Shown here one piece after another: positions 11,041-25,300 of a stretch of 64,000 bases of DNA. The DNA is from Squalus acanthias (Eukaryota). The stretch's first letter is position 1, and every line of letters starts with the position of its first letter. The position numbers and the translations under genes were made by a program. Location of the stretch: contig CM059432.1 of NCBI GenBank assembly GCA_030390025.1, forward strand, positions 112,842,001-112,906,000, written 5' to 3'. The notes under the pieces were generated by a model, which saw nothing but the letters and a program-made list of their open reading frames with translations, was not told the origin of the DNA and ran no database searches.

Positions 11041-13139
11041 TATTAGGAGATCCAACAGTCTATATTTCAATGTAAAGTCATATAAAAGTAATTCCAGGCA
11101 GTTGTGTTGTATACTGTGTTAATGTGCCAGTGCATTGAATCACAGAATGCGGATCCTCTACAGTCTCAGTTGTCCAGGTCTTGCTGCAGACGGATACGGA
11201 CTGCTTCATTTTCTGAGGAATTGCAAATGAGTTACAAGTTATCTGGGAAACATATGAGTAATTGATAATATTTATTGCCAAATATCAAACAGCTGATGCA
11301 GTTAATGTAGGCTGTGGCTAACGGGCATCTTTTCAGGGGACATTTGCGCAGCTACCAAGCAGCTGATGGATTTTACTAAATAGGAATTACCCAATACATG
11401 GGACAGTGTAGTATCCCAATTAACAGGCTTCAAGTTCAAGTGTCTTGTCCTTTGCTTTGCTAATCTTGCATAATAATATAATTTACATCACACGGAAGAT
11501 CAAAATGAATCATTTAAATGGTTGAAAGCAAGAGAACAGAGCAAATTAAAGGAGAGGTTATTCATTAGTTGGTCAGTAATTGATTGTGCCTTGGTCATTG
11601 GCAAACAACACACATTTCTTTAAGAGTCAGATATCCTAAAGGTAACATTTAATTAACTAATAATGTATTGTTAAATGTGGGAATTCATTGTGGCATCATA
11701 GTTGTTTTAGGCCACACATAAACCATCAGGCAGCTGTTTAATTTAAACCTTGTTGATCCAAATTAATTCTAATAAATATGCTCCAATGCATATATAATCA
11801 CAACTGAACTCTGCATTCCTGCAAACTCCTCATTTATCATTATTTATGCTTTCCTTTTCTCTTAGCCCAGTATTTACATGTTTAAAGTATTTTGTTCATA
11901 AAAGATGTAAAATAATTGCCACAGGTTAATGACTACTCTGTCTGTGAAACGCTGCATGTTTAAACTTACTCTTTTGAATAACTTGCATTAAGTCTGCATG
12001 GACTTGTCTTTTTGAACAATTTTGTGATTCACTCTTGGGAGAACCCAGCACTGCAGAATCTGTCTTAAGTGTAAAAACTAAGCATTGCGCATGTTAGCAT
12101 TCTCTGTCTCATCTACATAAACTGAAACAGCTCTGTAACAGATCACATCACATGCTAAATTCTTTTGGTCAATCCATTCTTACTTTGAAACTGATATTTG
12201 ATTTTGAGTTCTTCAAGCATTGTAAAGTCTGCATGCTGAAGAATTTCTTTAGAAGTGATTTATTTCATAGGTGAAGGATTGGAAGCTCATCCTTTGGAGA
12301 AAGTGACTGATCCCCAATTTCCCCTATACTACAGGTGGTCATCTGTTATTACTTGAAACCATTGTGGTGTGTGTATTCCATTTTGACTGTAGGATGTATA
12401 GCATTGAAATGGCTGATGATTACAAGTATTGAAATATAAATATAAAAAGAAAAATCAAACAATGATAGCATAGCCTGACATCGCAGGGCTGGTGCTGCAC
12501 AGGTGCTACGCGCACCTGCAAACAAATGGTCTGACCTCACTGGATAATGTTCGGTTAGCTCATTTGCATAATTTACAGCATCTCTCACACCAGAGCCACA
12601 TTAATGAGCTCCAGCTGCCAGTGAAGGGCTGCTATCTGCCAGTTATGCCCTGGCCACTGTCCGGGCATGAGGCTGTGGCAAACAGGCATAGGACATGGTG
12701 GCAATGGAATGGGGCCACCAGTGCTGGGAGGGCAGAAAAGCCTAAAATTCTTTTTAATAATTTTTAATAGTGGGCTCTTCTTTAGCGCCCATTCAAAATA
12801 GGTACTGTGCCACAAGAGCATCACTGAAGAGCTTCTGTTACATTATGGGGCAGGTTGCCTGATTAACATTGAAGTCTGGGGCCTGATGAGCCAAGAACAG
12901 CTTGTGTGCAGGCTCATGCCTCCTTTGCATTGCCACCCACATTGGGGTGTGCTAGGGCCCTCGGGCGTGTTGCCGGTCTCGGCCTTCCACAGCCAATTTA
13001 CCAGGTAGAGATTGCCCACCATCATGTTATCCTACCTCCCAAACATGATTATGGTAAGGGCCTTGTTTTGTAAGTATTATATGGAAGGAAAAATATTGCC
13101 AGTTTATCGTTTACCTTATACTGGAGCAATTTTGTACAC

Positions 13140-14100
13140 AAGGGACCTAAATGTAATATCTCCAAGTTTGCAGATGACACAAAACTGGGTGGGCGTGTGT
13201 GCTGCAAGGAGGATACCGAGAAACTCCAGGATGATTTAGACAGGTTGGGTGAGTGGGCAGAAGCGTGGCAGACACAATATAACGTGGATAAATGCGAGGT
13301 TATCCACTTTGGTGTCAAAAACAGAAAGGCAGACTATTATCTGAATGGCAATAGATTGGGAGAAGGGGAAGTGCAACGAGACCTGGGTGTCCTTGTGCAC
13401 CAGTCGCTGAAGGTAAGCATGCAGGTGCAGCAGGCGGTGAAGAAGGCAAATGGTATGTTGGTCTTCATAGCGAAAGGGTTTGAGTATAGGAACAGGGATG
13501 TCCTGCTGCAGTTGTACAGGGCCTTGGTGAGACCACACCTTGAGTACTGTGTGCAGTTTTGGTCGCCTTATCTGAGGAAGGATGTTCTTGCCATGGAAGG
13601 AGTTCAGCGAAGATTCACAAGGCTGATACCTGGGATGGCAGGAATGACATATGAGGAGAGATTGGGTCGATTGGGCTTATACTCGCTGGAGTATAGAAGA
13701 ATGAGAGGGGAGCTCATCGAAACATATAAAATTCTGACAGGTCTGGACAAACTAGATGCAGGAAGAATGTTCCCGATGGTCGGAGAGTCCAGAACCAGGG
13801 GTCATAATCTAAGGATAAGGGGTAAGCCATTTAGGACAGAAATGAGGAAGAATTTCTTCACCCAGAGAGTGGTGAACCTGTGGAATTCTCTACCACAGAA
13901 GGTAGTTGAGGCCAAGTCATTAAATATATTCAAGAATGAGTTAGATATATTTCTTAAACCTAAAGGTATCAAGGGATATGGGGAGAAGGCAGGTACAGGG
14001 TACTGAGTTTGGATGATCAGCCATGATCTCATCGAATGGCGGAGCAGGCTCGAGGGGCCGAATGGCCTACTCCTGCTCCTATCTTCTATGTTTCTATGTA
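13140..14100 (+). mobile_element. CR1 LINE, 5'-truncated and young (uninterrupted 269-aa ORF2 C-terminal part)
   Basis: SKFADDTKL motif at ~13160, then ORF 13197-14006 (LQDDLDRLGEWA...LYRALVRPHLEYCVQFWSPY...), and a 3' UTR ending in TTCTATGT repeats. Confidence 0.95.
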
Positions 14101-14206
14101 AATATTCAAAATTGTGTAATTGTTTCCGTATGACCCAGACTCTTTCTGTAAACAGCACCTGTGCTCTGTCTGTTTTGTCTAAACTTTTATACAAAGTCAA
14201 ACACAT

Positions 14207-14929
14207 CAGCCACGATATTAACCGCCGCCCCCCCCCCCCCCCCCCCCACCCTCACGACGGGCGAGAGTATGTCGGGATGGTTAAAGACTTAGGTATAGAG
14301 ATCAGGTCCCCAACACAGGGCACACACACCAGCCGCCTTTTTTTACGGCGGTAGACATTGGGGCCTCCGAGTGTCCCTCCGCAAGAGGCAGGACACTTCA
14401 TTAATATATTTAAATCGGGCTCCCACATTGCAATTGGGAACCCGATTTAAAATTGACTGTTGCTGCACGGGTTTCCAAGGGGTGTGGAGACCAGGCAATG
14501 GAAGGGCGGCGAGAGCTGCTGGCTCTACAAGGCAAGTGCCTCATTCAGCACTCCTTGTGGGCCAAGAGGAGCAGGAGTACTCCCTCCCCCCCCCCCCGCC
14601 GGCCCTTCAAGGAAGCCTTCACCCTCACCCTCCCAATCGCGGCCTCTCTCTCCCCTCCCAATCATGGCCTCTCTACCCCTCCCGATCATGACTTCTCTTC
14701 CACCTCCCGATAGCCAGGGTCCATCCCCAAGGGTCCCCAGCTGCAGCCTCCTGATGCTGGTTTTCCCTCACGCCCGCTGGCCAGGCTGTCCACTTAGCCG
14801 GCTGCCTGGCGGGAAATGGAGCTACAAAATGTTAATAAGGTCCTGCCGTTAAGTTCGGCAGGACCTCCATGTCCCCAGCCTTGCCGGGTTCTTCGGCCGT
14901 TTTTGGCCTCACCATAAATGTCAGGGCCA
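14207..14929. mobile_element. Harbinger-type MITE, diverged
   Basis: Imperfect TIRs CAGCCACGATATTA / TAAATGTCAGGGCCA. Internal CCTGCCGTTAAGTTCGGCAGG is shared, in reverse, with 17155-17185. Confidence 0.55.
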
Positions 14930-15823
14930 ATGGGTGTGATCACCATAAGAGTCTATAATTACCAGACTCCATGCATCTCTCTGAAGCAGATAGAGATCTC
15001 ATAAATGTGTGATAGAGTAAAAGGGATCAGGAGATTCAGGAATTTTTACTGATAAGAGCCACAAAGTTCACAGCATGAGCTATTGCATTAAATGAATTAA
15101 AATTACAGGCAAAATCAAGTGACGCAATGGATGACCAATGTAAGCCAAACTGGCAAGGAATATATGTAATGTTGAAATATGCCGGAGTCCACAATAATCA
15201 CAAGAGACTTTATTAGCAGAGGGATTTTCAAGTCATCAATACAGTGTTTCAAACAGAAGGCTTGCAATTTAAAATGTTTGTAGCACCTAAAGCAGCAGAT
15301 TCAGTTTTTATGTCGACAGACCAAAACATATCAATGAAACAGTTGATCCATGTAAAGTCCAATTCAGATGTACATTTGGAAAGGATGACCCTATTGAGCA
15401 TTTTACAAACTAAGCAGTGCAGTAATGTGCTCAGGGAATGTTTGGTTTGAATATAAATATGATAACACTAATGCATGTATTCTTAATGAAATGTGAATAT
15501 TTATCCATATACTAATAAATTATTATGTGAGTTGTCATATAGATTAAAGGAGCTTTTGTGTCATGACATTTTGGTAGTAGAATTAGTAATATTGTGATTG
15601 TAATATAAATGATATGCTAAATAAAATCCTGATATTAAAAAAAAAGCAAAATTAGAATTGGAGTAGCAATCCTGCTGTCCCCCAGGGCTGCTATTTTGCA
15701 TAAAACCAAGCTGAGCAGACTGTACCTCTGCATTCTAACACAACGATAGCCTGACTCCGGGCCTGGAGTTTTCTGTATATTTGCGGCCAGATACATGCAC
15801 AATTTGGCCGCAAATCAAATATG

Positions 15824-17134
15824 TGGCCTAAAAGATCGCGGAATATTGAGTGTAAGTGAGTTACACACGTAAGCACAATACGCTCAAAACTTCTCGATCT
15901 TTTGCGATTGTTTATCGATCCCTCCGCCCGAACGCATCTCCGCCCATAATAATAGCTCCACCCTCAGGTTACAAAGCCTTATCCGTGAGTTTCCTGCAAT
16001 GGCACTTGCTCAGAGGCTCTCTTCAAATTCTGGTGTTTTATTGAAATAGTTCTGAGTTTTTTAAATTTATTCTCACTGAGTCCTGCTCTGTATTTTCAGA
16101 TCCTTTGAATAATTTTTTGTGGTATAAGCATACGTTACATTAAAAATTGAAAAGCTTCGCCAATTGCACGTTGTTAAACATGCTGGGGTAGAGTGGCTGC
16201 TTTGGGCGCTATCAGGACATTCCGCCCAAACTGTGCTTGAAATTGTGCTGGTTAGGTGAGACTTCAGATTTCCACCAAAGCTCATTTGCATTTTGCATAA
16301 TCACTAACGTAAAATCTTCCATGAACCAGCGCAATCGGGCAGCATAATGGAACATAATAGTTTTTCTTTCTTTATATTAAAAAGTATTTCTTGATGTATT
16401 TAAGGTTGGTAACCTGGTACAGTTTTACTAATTCAGCTGAAAATAGGTTTATCGCCAGAAATAAGCATTTTTAATAAGGATGTCCGGTCCTCCACCTGTG
16501 AGTGACTGGATTTAAAACCACTGAAAATGACTCAAAAAAACTATACTGAACCATTTGATAGTTTCATTGGTGTAAATTAGTCAGTTTCTTAGTAAATTGA
16601 ATATTGTTTGACATGAAAAAACTTTTAAAACGTGCTAGAAAATGAACGCAGTTTTGCAGAGCCTTCCCTAACCAGCGGAATCTCGCAATTTCCACCTCGC
16701 AATGGCCAAATCTGTCGGCTGGGCCTGATCCGGGCAAATTGAATCTTGAACCAGTGTAAAAGATCACGGAAAACACGAGCGTAAGTGGTTTTGGGCATAA
16801 CTCCCTTGCATTTAAAATTCCCTGAACTTTTCACTAGTTTGTCTGATTGTGCTTGAATCTGGGCACAAAACTCTATCCACTGTGCCTGATGTGCATGAAT
16901 GTTGGTTAAATGCGTTGAAATGTAAATTTTCAAAAAGAAGAAACTGTGGTGTGAGTTCGGCACATTCCTTGGGTCCGATTGTTTCCACTGATTTCTGCCC
17001 ATTTTACATTCATGCATATTCTAATGAAATTCCAGGAAATTTGAGCATAACTTGACAGCAGCAGAGTTTGTGCAGGAATGGGTGCATTTTTGGGCCTAAT
17101 TTCCGGGTTTCACTCTCGGAGAAAATTCTAGGCA
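15824..17134. mobile_element. Probable non-autonomous DNA transposon (~1.3 kb)
   Basis: Imperfect ends TGGCCTAAAAG / AAAATTCTAGGCA, CpG-containing subterminal regions and an AT-rich centre. Confidence 0.4.
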
Positions 17135-19430
17135 CTCTAGAACGGGTTTCCCACAGGCCCTGCCGAATTTAACGGTAGGGCCTGATTAGCATGGGAAACT
17201 TCTGTTTCCCACCTGCAGCCTCGGAGCAGCATGGTGGAGGGGAGGGGAGGCACTATGGGGGGGATCGGAGGCCTGGGAGGGGGCAGAATCAGAGGCCTCA
17301 TGGATGGGGTCTCCAATCGTGGGGGGTGGGTTAGGCAGGGATGCTGGATCCAGGAGGTAATTGTAAAGGCTCTTACCTCCTGGATCCAGCAGTCCTCGCC
17401 TTACTTTAGCTGGCGGGTTCCCCGAGGCCTGGGAAACCCGACCAACCAGAGTTAAATTTAAAATGGAGGTAAAATCTGAGGAATGCCAGCCTCATTATAA
17501 TATTGATTTGGGAGTCCCGTCTCCTGGGCGCGGGTTGGCTGCCTGCCCCCCATCCCGCCTCCGTTAAAACCGGAAGTGGGCGGGTTGGAGTCAGGTTCTG
17601 GTTGGGATTCAGACTTTTAACACTTTAGGCACGATTTTCCCTGCCTCGGCGGGTCCGTGTCGGTGGCGGATCGCGGCCTCGCTGCTGGCTCCATACTGGC
17701 CTCCGACATGACTTTCCCCTCATTGGGCTTGTTAAGCCCGCCCAGCGCGTTTCCCGGCTACTTGAAGGAAGCAGGTCTGATGACATCATCAGCCGGTTTC
17801 CTTAAAGGGACCATGCGCAAATTTACTTTGATATTTGTGCTGTCAGTGTTCTACAGCATTGAGGTGCTGTAAACACTGACAAGCACTGCACAGAGGTGCA
17901 GGGCTGCACACAGGCTCTCCCATGACTTCCTCTATATGCTTACGGAGGGAGTCACAGCACACAGGGAGATCCTCTTCCCTTCCAATGAGTGGAAGAGACC
18001 TCCCCAGGAGACCAACGCAACCTGGTTGCACATTGCACAGGAGGGTACATGCAGGGATGTCGTCAAGAGGACCAGGCTGCAGTGGCGCAAACCCTTCAAT
18101 GATCTCAGTAGATCACGAAACGTTACTGCAAAGCCACACTCAACCTCATCCTGCTGTGCCACTCATCACATCCCCATCACTCTGCCTTCCCTACCCCACT
18201 CTTGCACATCCTTACTCACACCAACTTACCTTGCACCTCCACCCATCCCTCTCTATCTACATTATCACTTCCCCATCTCACTAGCCACCCCTCACACTCA
18301 CCCTCATCCTAGTGCAATCATACCAACTAACAACTCATAAGGGTAGGCACTTGTGTGTTTTAGCCAATGTTCATGTGAAATTTCTGTTAATGCGCTGTCA
18401 AACATTGCAAACTTTATTTTCAACACTTTGCGTTCTTGGACAGATTTGTGTGTACATTTGGAAGTGGCTTAGTGAGTTGCAGTGAATGGTGAGACATAAC
18501 GGTACCCCCCCCCCCCCAATGGTGCTTAGTGTGAAAGGAATGGCTTGGGCATTGTAGGGATGCTTTATGTTGTTGGTGTGGGGTGGTGCCAACCTGGCAC
18601 GTCATATGGCAACCAGGGTGTGCAGCGTCAAGTGAAGTAAATCTGGCCACGGTGAGGCCATCCCTGGCGACCCGGGCAGCAATGTGGTCGTGTGTTGATG
18701 CCCTGTGTCCTGTGCAGCATCAGTTGATTGCGGAGAAGGTTGGTGTTGTTGTTGGTGCTGCTAGTGTGCCTGGTGATGCTGGTGTTGGGGCTGATCATTG
18801 TCAGATTCTGAGGACCAAGGTGAGAGAGTATAAAGTGCACCCATGCTGATGGAATAGATGGTAGGTGAAGTAGAGATGACAGAAGCGATCTGTCAATGGT
18901 GGGAGAGGTCATGAGGTCAGACTGGATGGAGACTTGTGTAAAGTCTTGCAGCATCCTGAATCTGTAGTGGAAATGCAATTTAGAGCAGCTGGTGGTTAAG
19001 GGAACATTTCTCAATCAGCTAGGAGCTATGACTTGACACTTGAAGCTGTCAACTCAACAGCTGATTCAATGGCCAATGACCTCCCACCTCAGCTTCACAG
19101 CCAAGGTCTAGGCACAGCGGGAAACGGTGGGTGACTTGTCAAATTCAAAAAGCTGGGATAAAAGCATTGTTAAGTGGCTGTTAACAAGTTACTAATGATT
19201 TGAATTGGGTCCCCCGCCGCTGCCTGTCGGGTCTGCTCAGCGCTGGCATACCCGACATCGGGAAATGCAAGTATGCACGTTTTGACAGCAGGTTCCGGAC
19301 CCGCTGTCAATCATTTTAAATTTCACAGCTGACCCGTCACCAATCGGGCCCGCTGAGCGCCAGCAAAATCGCGGCCTTTAACTTCGTACCCGACCCAAAC
19401 CCACCCATTCTTTTGGGTAAAAATTCCCCC
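17135..19430. mobile_element. Truncated MITE (family of 14207-14929) split by the Harbinger insertion at 17628-19377
   Basis: Host sequence runs 17135-17627 and resumes at 19381 (ACTTCGTACCCGACCCAAACCCACCC...GGGTAAAATTCCCCC). Confidence 0.55.
17628..19377 (+). mobile_element. Internally deleted Harbinger transposon with a Myb/SANT-like exon (+) and a transposase remnant (-)
   Basis: Ends GGCACGATTTT / AAAATCGCGGCCT with TTA flanks. ~17900-18120 translates LTEGVTAHREILFPSNEWKRPPQETNATWLHIAQE...KRTRLQWRKPFNDLSRS. The minus strand has IAARVARDGLTVARFT, which resembles a HARBI1-type C-terminus. Confidence 0.8.
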
Positions 19431-22336
19431 CATAGACTCACTATCCTGACTATTAATGCAGCTGATCTGGAAACAAGTTGGAGGGACCAACCTGGATGAG
19501 AGGATTGGGGTAAAAATATATTTTTAAATTACCGTCATGACGTATATGGTCCTGAAAATCCACATGAGTGGTGGGTTCTTCCGGTCTCCCATCATAACTC
19601 CGGCTGAAAATTACCTTTTATGCTCTTTCTCTTGGTTCTGCCAGTCTTTCATTGGTGTGCAGTGGAAGACCAGGAGAACTCCAAAGGAACTTCAGGGCAT
19701 ATGGATGCATTGGATTTTAATTTTAACTAAAAATACAGCTCCATAAATATATCAAAATAACCTCCAAGAATCAGGGTCTGTAAAGACTGTATCAGCAGAA
19801 ACACTGATTAATTGAATTCTCATGGGCGGATGCCATGCAGACTTTATTGTAGGTTTTTGGTTATGAAGGGAACTGATAGAAGGAATATGGATAAGTTCTT
19901 TGTATGGAAGAAGGCAACTTAATTATTACCCAAGGAAACTACAAAATAACGGAAGCTTTCCCCAGATTCAAAAGCTGTTTACTTATGGAATGGGCTGCCA
20001 GATAGTACAGTGAATGTAAAACATTTAAAAACGAAATGGACTGACTCCTGATTCAGCAGGTAATTGTAGAACACAGGCTTAGCACCAAGGTAGGAAGAGG
20101 AGAAAAATAGAGGTCCTGAGCCATGGTGAGATGAGAGGAATGAGTTGAATAGTTTTTACTCAGATCCTCTTTTTAACGCTCGTACATTAGACAGAACAAA
20201 TGAAGCGTTTTCAGACTCTGTACAGCAGCATGCTGAGAAGAGGCTGTTTTTTTGCACAGTGCAGTACTCTGAAAAGTACGGAGAACTGGGACTGTATTGA
20301 AGCACCATATTCTACAGCTGCTGCTATGATGTACATTCTATTGACGCTTTAATTCTCAGATTTTATTTGAAGATATTCCTTTACCCAATCAGTTTTAGAC
20401 TGCTCCCCACAGTGTTTGTGAGTCTGTATACTTACAACCTGGTGGACATTTTTAAGGCATTAACTATGATGTGCTGTGGAATGTAGGAGATTTTGTTGCC
20501 CTACGATGTATCATTTATTTCCGCATTAAAGCCATACATCAGTATATCAATAAAATTACACAGCAGATTATTATTGCATTTCACTCTCCATGGACCCAAT
20601 CATAAATAATACAGCAGTTATACCAGTTATATTAATTATAATTAGAATGCAGATAATGCAGGCTTCCATTTATTATTATGACCAAATCAATTTTACAGTG
20701 TTTCGCTGCACAAGGTCAAGCAAAGTTGTTGAAGCTGAGACAGAACCTGTTTTCTATTGTCCCCAGTTGAATGAATTGTGTTTTAACAGAGTAAGAAGGG
20801 CATTTAACTTACATGTTTAGACCTATTAATGCAGGCATTTTAAAGACTGAAAAAAAATCAAAGGCTGGAATTTATATTGAGTGTGTTGTGCTGTAACCTC
20901 CCTGTCTTTACTGTACTCTGACTGCATTGTATACTGAAGAGGATCACTGATATGCTATCAATGGAACAGGGCCGCGGTGACTTCCCCACGCTTGTTTTCC
21001 TCTTTTCCTGCTTAAGTGAAATAATCAAACTGATTTAAAGCTTGTTTCTTTTGATTTGTTAATAAGTAGCTACCAATGATGTTTTTTTCTAACAGTCCAT
21101 TGAATTTTGTACAATTGTGAGAAAGCTGTTCGATTTAAAGATGCTTCAGTACCGGCACTATTGTAACACTTAAAACACAGAAACACTTTTATATGTATGT
21201 TTCTTCTATTGGAAACTATACGTATTAAATAGTGAATATAACAACACAATCTTGCCCTTTTGGAAACAGTGGGCAGTGACTGCAGGGCACTGAAAGGTCT
21301 ATCTTGTGGCTCTTTTGTTTGATCGATGAATGTGAGGTACATTTTCACACTTTGGAAGAAAATTTCCTCTGAAATCATAATTGCACTTATAAAGAATGCG
21401 ATTTATGATTTTGCTGCAAATATCAAACAGAGGAAATGTCCCCTCTTTGAATGAAGAAGGATATCACTGCAGCAGATACTTGACTTTATTCATGCTGGTG
21501 CTTGAAAGTATGTATTGTCACGGATTTGGCAATTTTCTTTATTTGTACTCAAAAGAAAACTGTTAAATTAAAAACTATAAAATAGTACAACCCTTTGCCA
21601 AACAGCTGATTTAAATGAGATCTAACAGTCCTGTGTCTGCAATGAAGGTAAAAACAGTCAAAATATCTTGTATTCGCAAGTAGAATTCATCAAATAGTTA
21701 GACCATCACAAATAATATATTTAGGATTTAATTGGAGTTATAGCCATCATTGGACGGAGCACATAATGTGAGGCCAGAGCAGTGTTTGAAAAGGCTCACT
21801 GTATCCTGGCAGTGACTATGGTCGAGTTGACATTTCTCTGTGCAGGCAGTGAAGGAAGGAAGCCTGAGGCCAAGAGTAGTGCTCCTAATGCCTCCTGCCC
21901 TGACATTTGTCTAATTCACCATAGATCTGGGATCAAAGCTGCGATCTTCATGGTTTGTATGGTCCAGCTACTTACTGCCTCACACCGCTGAGCCATCGGG
22001 AGAGCCGTAAACAGAAAATCTTATTTCCTTTTAAAACCTCACATTTGTTTTATAAAGTGACTGTCCCCAATGTACCGCAGTTGCAGCGGTGCAATCCACT
22101 TCAGTGAAACACATCCTATCCAAACAGAACTCAAATCATTCCCATTATATAGAATTCCTCGTCTAGCCGGACCAATTAAAGGTGTAATATTGACCAAACA
22201 GATAATTTTACACAATATTCCATCTTTTCAGTGCATCACACACGTTGAATAATGGCATCCATTGCTTGACTTTACCTCAAGACAACAACAAATATCTCCT
22301 TGTAAGAGACCATAAAAATCTAAATTGTTCACCCTG

Positions 22337-25300
22337 ACCCTGTGCTTCACATCACACTCAGCATCTCTCCTCCTCACCCTGTGCTTCACATCACACTCAA
22401 CATCTCTCCTCCTCACCCTGTGCTTCACATCACACTCAACATCTCACCGCCCGACCCTGTGCTTCACATCACACTCAACATCTCACCTCCTCACCCTGTG
22501 CTTCACATCACACTCAACATCTCACCGCCCGACCCTGTGCTTCACATCACACTCAACATCTCACCGCCCGACCCTGTGCTTCACATCACACTCAACATCT
22601 CACAATCCCGACCCTGTGCTTCACATCACACTCAACATCTCACAATCCCGACCCTGTGCTTCACATCACACTCAACATCTCTCCTCCTCACCCTGTGCTT
22701 CACATCACACTCAACATCTCACCGCCCGACCCTGTGCTTCACATCACACTCAACATCTCACCGCCCGACCCTGTGCTTCACATCACACTCAACATCTCAC
22801 CGCCCGACCCTGTGCTTCACATCACACTCAACATCTCACCGCCCGACCCTGTGCTTCACATCACACTCAACATCTCACCGCCCGACCCTGTGCTTCACAT
22901 CACACTCAACATCTCACCTCCCCGACCCTGTGCTTCACATCACACTCAACATCTCTCCTCCCCGACCCTGTGCTTCACATCACACTCAACATCTCTCCTC
23001 CCCGACCCTGTGCTTCACATCACACTCAACATCTCTCCTCCCCGACCCTGTGCTTCACATCACACTCAACATCTCACCGCCCGACCCTGTGCTTCACATC
23101 ACACTCAACATCTCACCGCCCGACCCTGTGCTTCACATCACACTCAACATCTCACCTCCTCACCCTGTGCTTCACATCACACTCAACATCTCACCGCCCG
23201 ACCCTGTGCTTCACATCACACTCAACATCTCACCTCCTCACCCTGTGCTTCACATCACACTCAACATCTCACCGCCCGACCCTGTGCTTCACATCACACT
23301 CAACATCTCACCGCCCGACCCTGTGCTTCACATCACACTCAACATCTCACAATCCCGACCCTGTGCTTCACATCACACTCAACATCTCACCGCCCCGACC
23401 CTGTGCTTCACATCACACTCAACATCTCACCGCCCGACCCTGTGCTTCACATCACACTCAACATCTCACCGCCCCGACCCTGTGCTTCACCTCACACTCA
23501 ACATCTCACCTCCTCACCCTGTGCTTCACATCACACTCAACATCTCACCGCCCGGCCCTGTGCTTCACATCACACTCAACATCTCACAATCCCGACCCTG
23601 TGCTTCACATCACACTCAACATCTCACAATCCCGACCCTGTGCTTCACATCACACTCAACATCTCACCGCCCGACCCTGTGCTTCACATCACACTCAACA
23701 TCTCACCGCCCGACCCTGTGCTTCACATCACACTCAACATCTCACAATCCCGACCCTGTGCTTCACATCACACTCAACATCTCACCGCCCGACCCTGTGC
23801 TTCACATCACACTCAACATCTCACAATCCCGACCCTGTGCTTCACATCACACTCAACATCTCACCGCCCGACCCTGTGCTTCACATCACACTCAACATCT
23901 CACCGCCCCGACCCTGTGCTTCACATCACACTCAACATCTCACCGCCCGACCCTGTGCTTCACATCACACTCAACATCTCACCGCCCGACCCTGTGCTTC
24001 ACATCACACTCAACATCTCTCCTCCTCACCCTGTGCTTCACATCACACTCAACATCTCACCGCCCGACCCTGTGCTTCACATCACACTCAACATCTCACC
24101 GCCCGACCCTGTGCTTCACATCACACTCAACATCTCACCGCCCGACCCTGTGCTTCACATCACACTCAACATCTCACCGCCCGACCCTGTGCTTCACATC
24201 ACACTCAACATCTCACCGCCCGACCCTGTGCTTCACATCACACTCAACATCTCTCCTCCCCGACCCTGTGCTTCACATCACACTCAACATCTCACCGCCC
24301 GACCCTGTGCTTCACATCACACTCAACATCTCTCCTCCCGACCCTGTGCTTCACATCACACTCAACATCTCACAATCCCGACCCTGTGCTTCACATCACA
24401 CTCAACATCTCACCGCCCGACCCTGTGCTTCACATCACACTCAACATCTCTCCTCCCCGACCCTGTGCTTCACATCACACTCAACATCTCACCGCCCGAC
24501 CCTGTGCTTCACATCACACTCAACATCTCTCCTCCCGACCCTGTGCTTCACATCACACTCAACATCTCACAATCCCGACCCTGTGCTTCACATCACACTC
24601 AACATCTCACCGCCCGACCCTGTGCTTCACATCACACTCAACATCTCTCCTCCTCACCCTGTTCTTCACATCACACTCAACATCTCACCTCCCCGACCCT
24701 GTGCTTCACATCACACTCAACATCTCACCGCCCGACCCTGTGCTTCACATCACACTCAACATCTCTCCTCCCCGACCCTGTGCTTCACATCACACTCAAC
24801 ATCTCACCGCCCGACCCTGTGCTTCACATCACACTCAACATCTCTCCTCCTCACCCTGTGCTTCACATCACACTCAACATCTCACCTCCTCACCCTGTGC
24901 TTCACATCACACTCAACATCTCTCCTCCCCGACCCTGTGCTTCACATCACACTCAACATCTCTCCTCCTCACCCTGTGCTTCACATCACACTCAACATCT
25001 CACAATCCCGACCCTGTGCTTCACATCACACTCAACATCTCTCCTCCCGACCCTGTGCTTCACATCACACTCAACATCTCACCGCCCGACCCTGTGCTTC
25101 ACATCACACTCAACATCTCACCGCCCGACCCTGTGCTTCACATCACACTCAACATCTTACCTCCCGACCCTGTGCTTCACATCACACTCAACATCTCTCC
25201 TCCTCACCCTGTGCTTCACATCACACTCAACATCTCACCGCCCGACCCTGTGCTTCACATCACACTCAACATCTCACCGCCCCGACCCTGTGCTTCACAT

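Noticed and set aside
11078..11281. 67-aa minus-strand ORF or exon
   Set aside because: No recognisable homology; the alternative frame RLQQDLDN* hints at a tiny LINE relic or chance.
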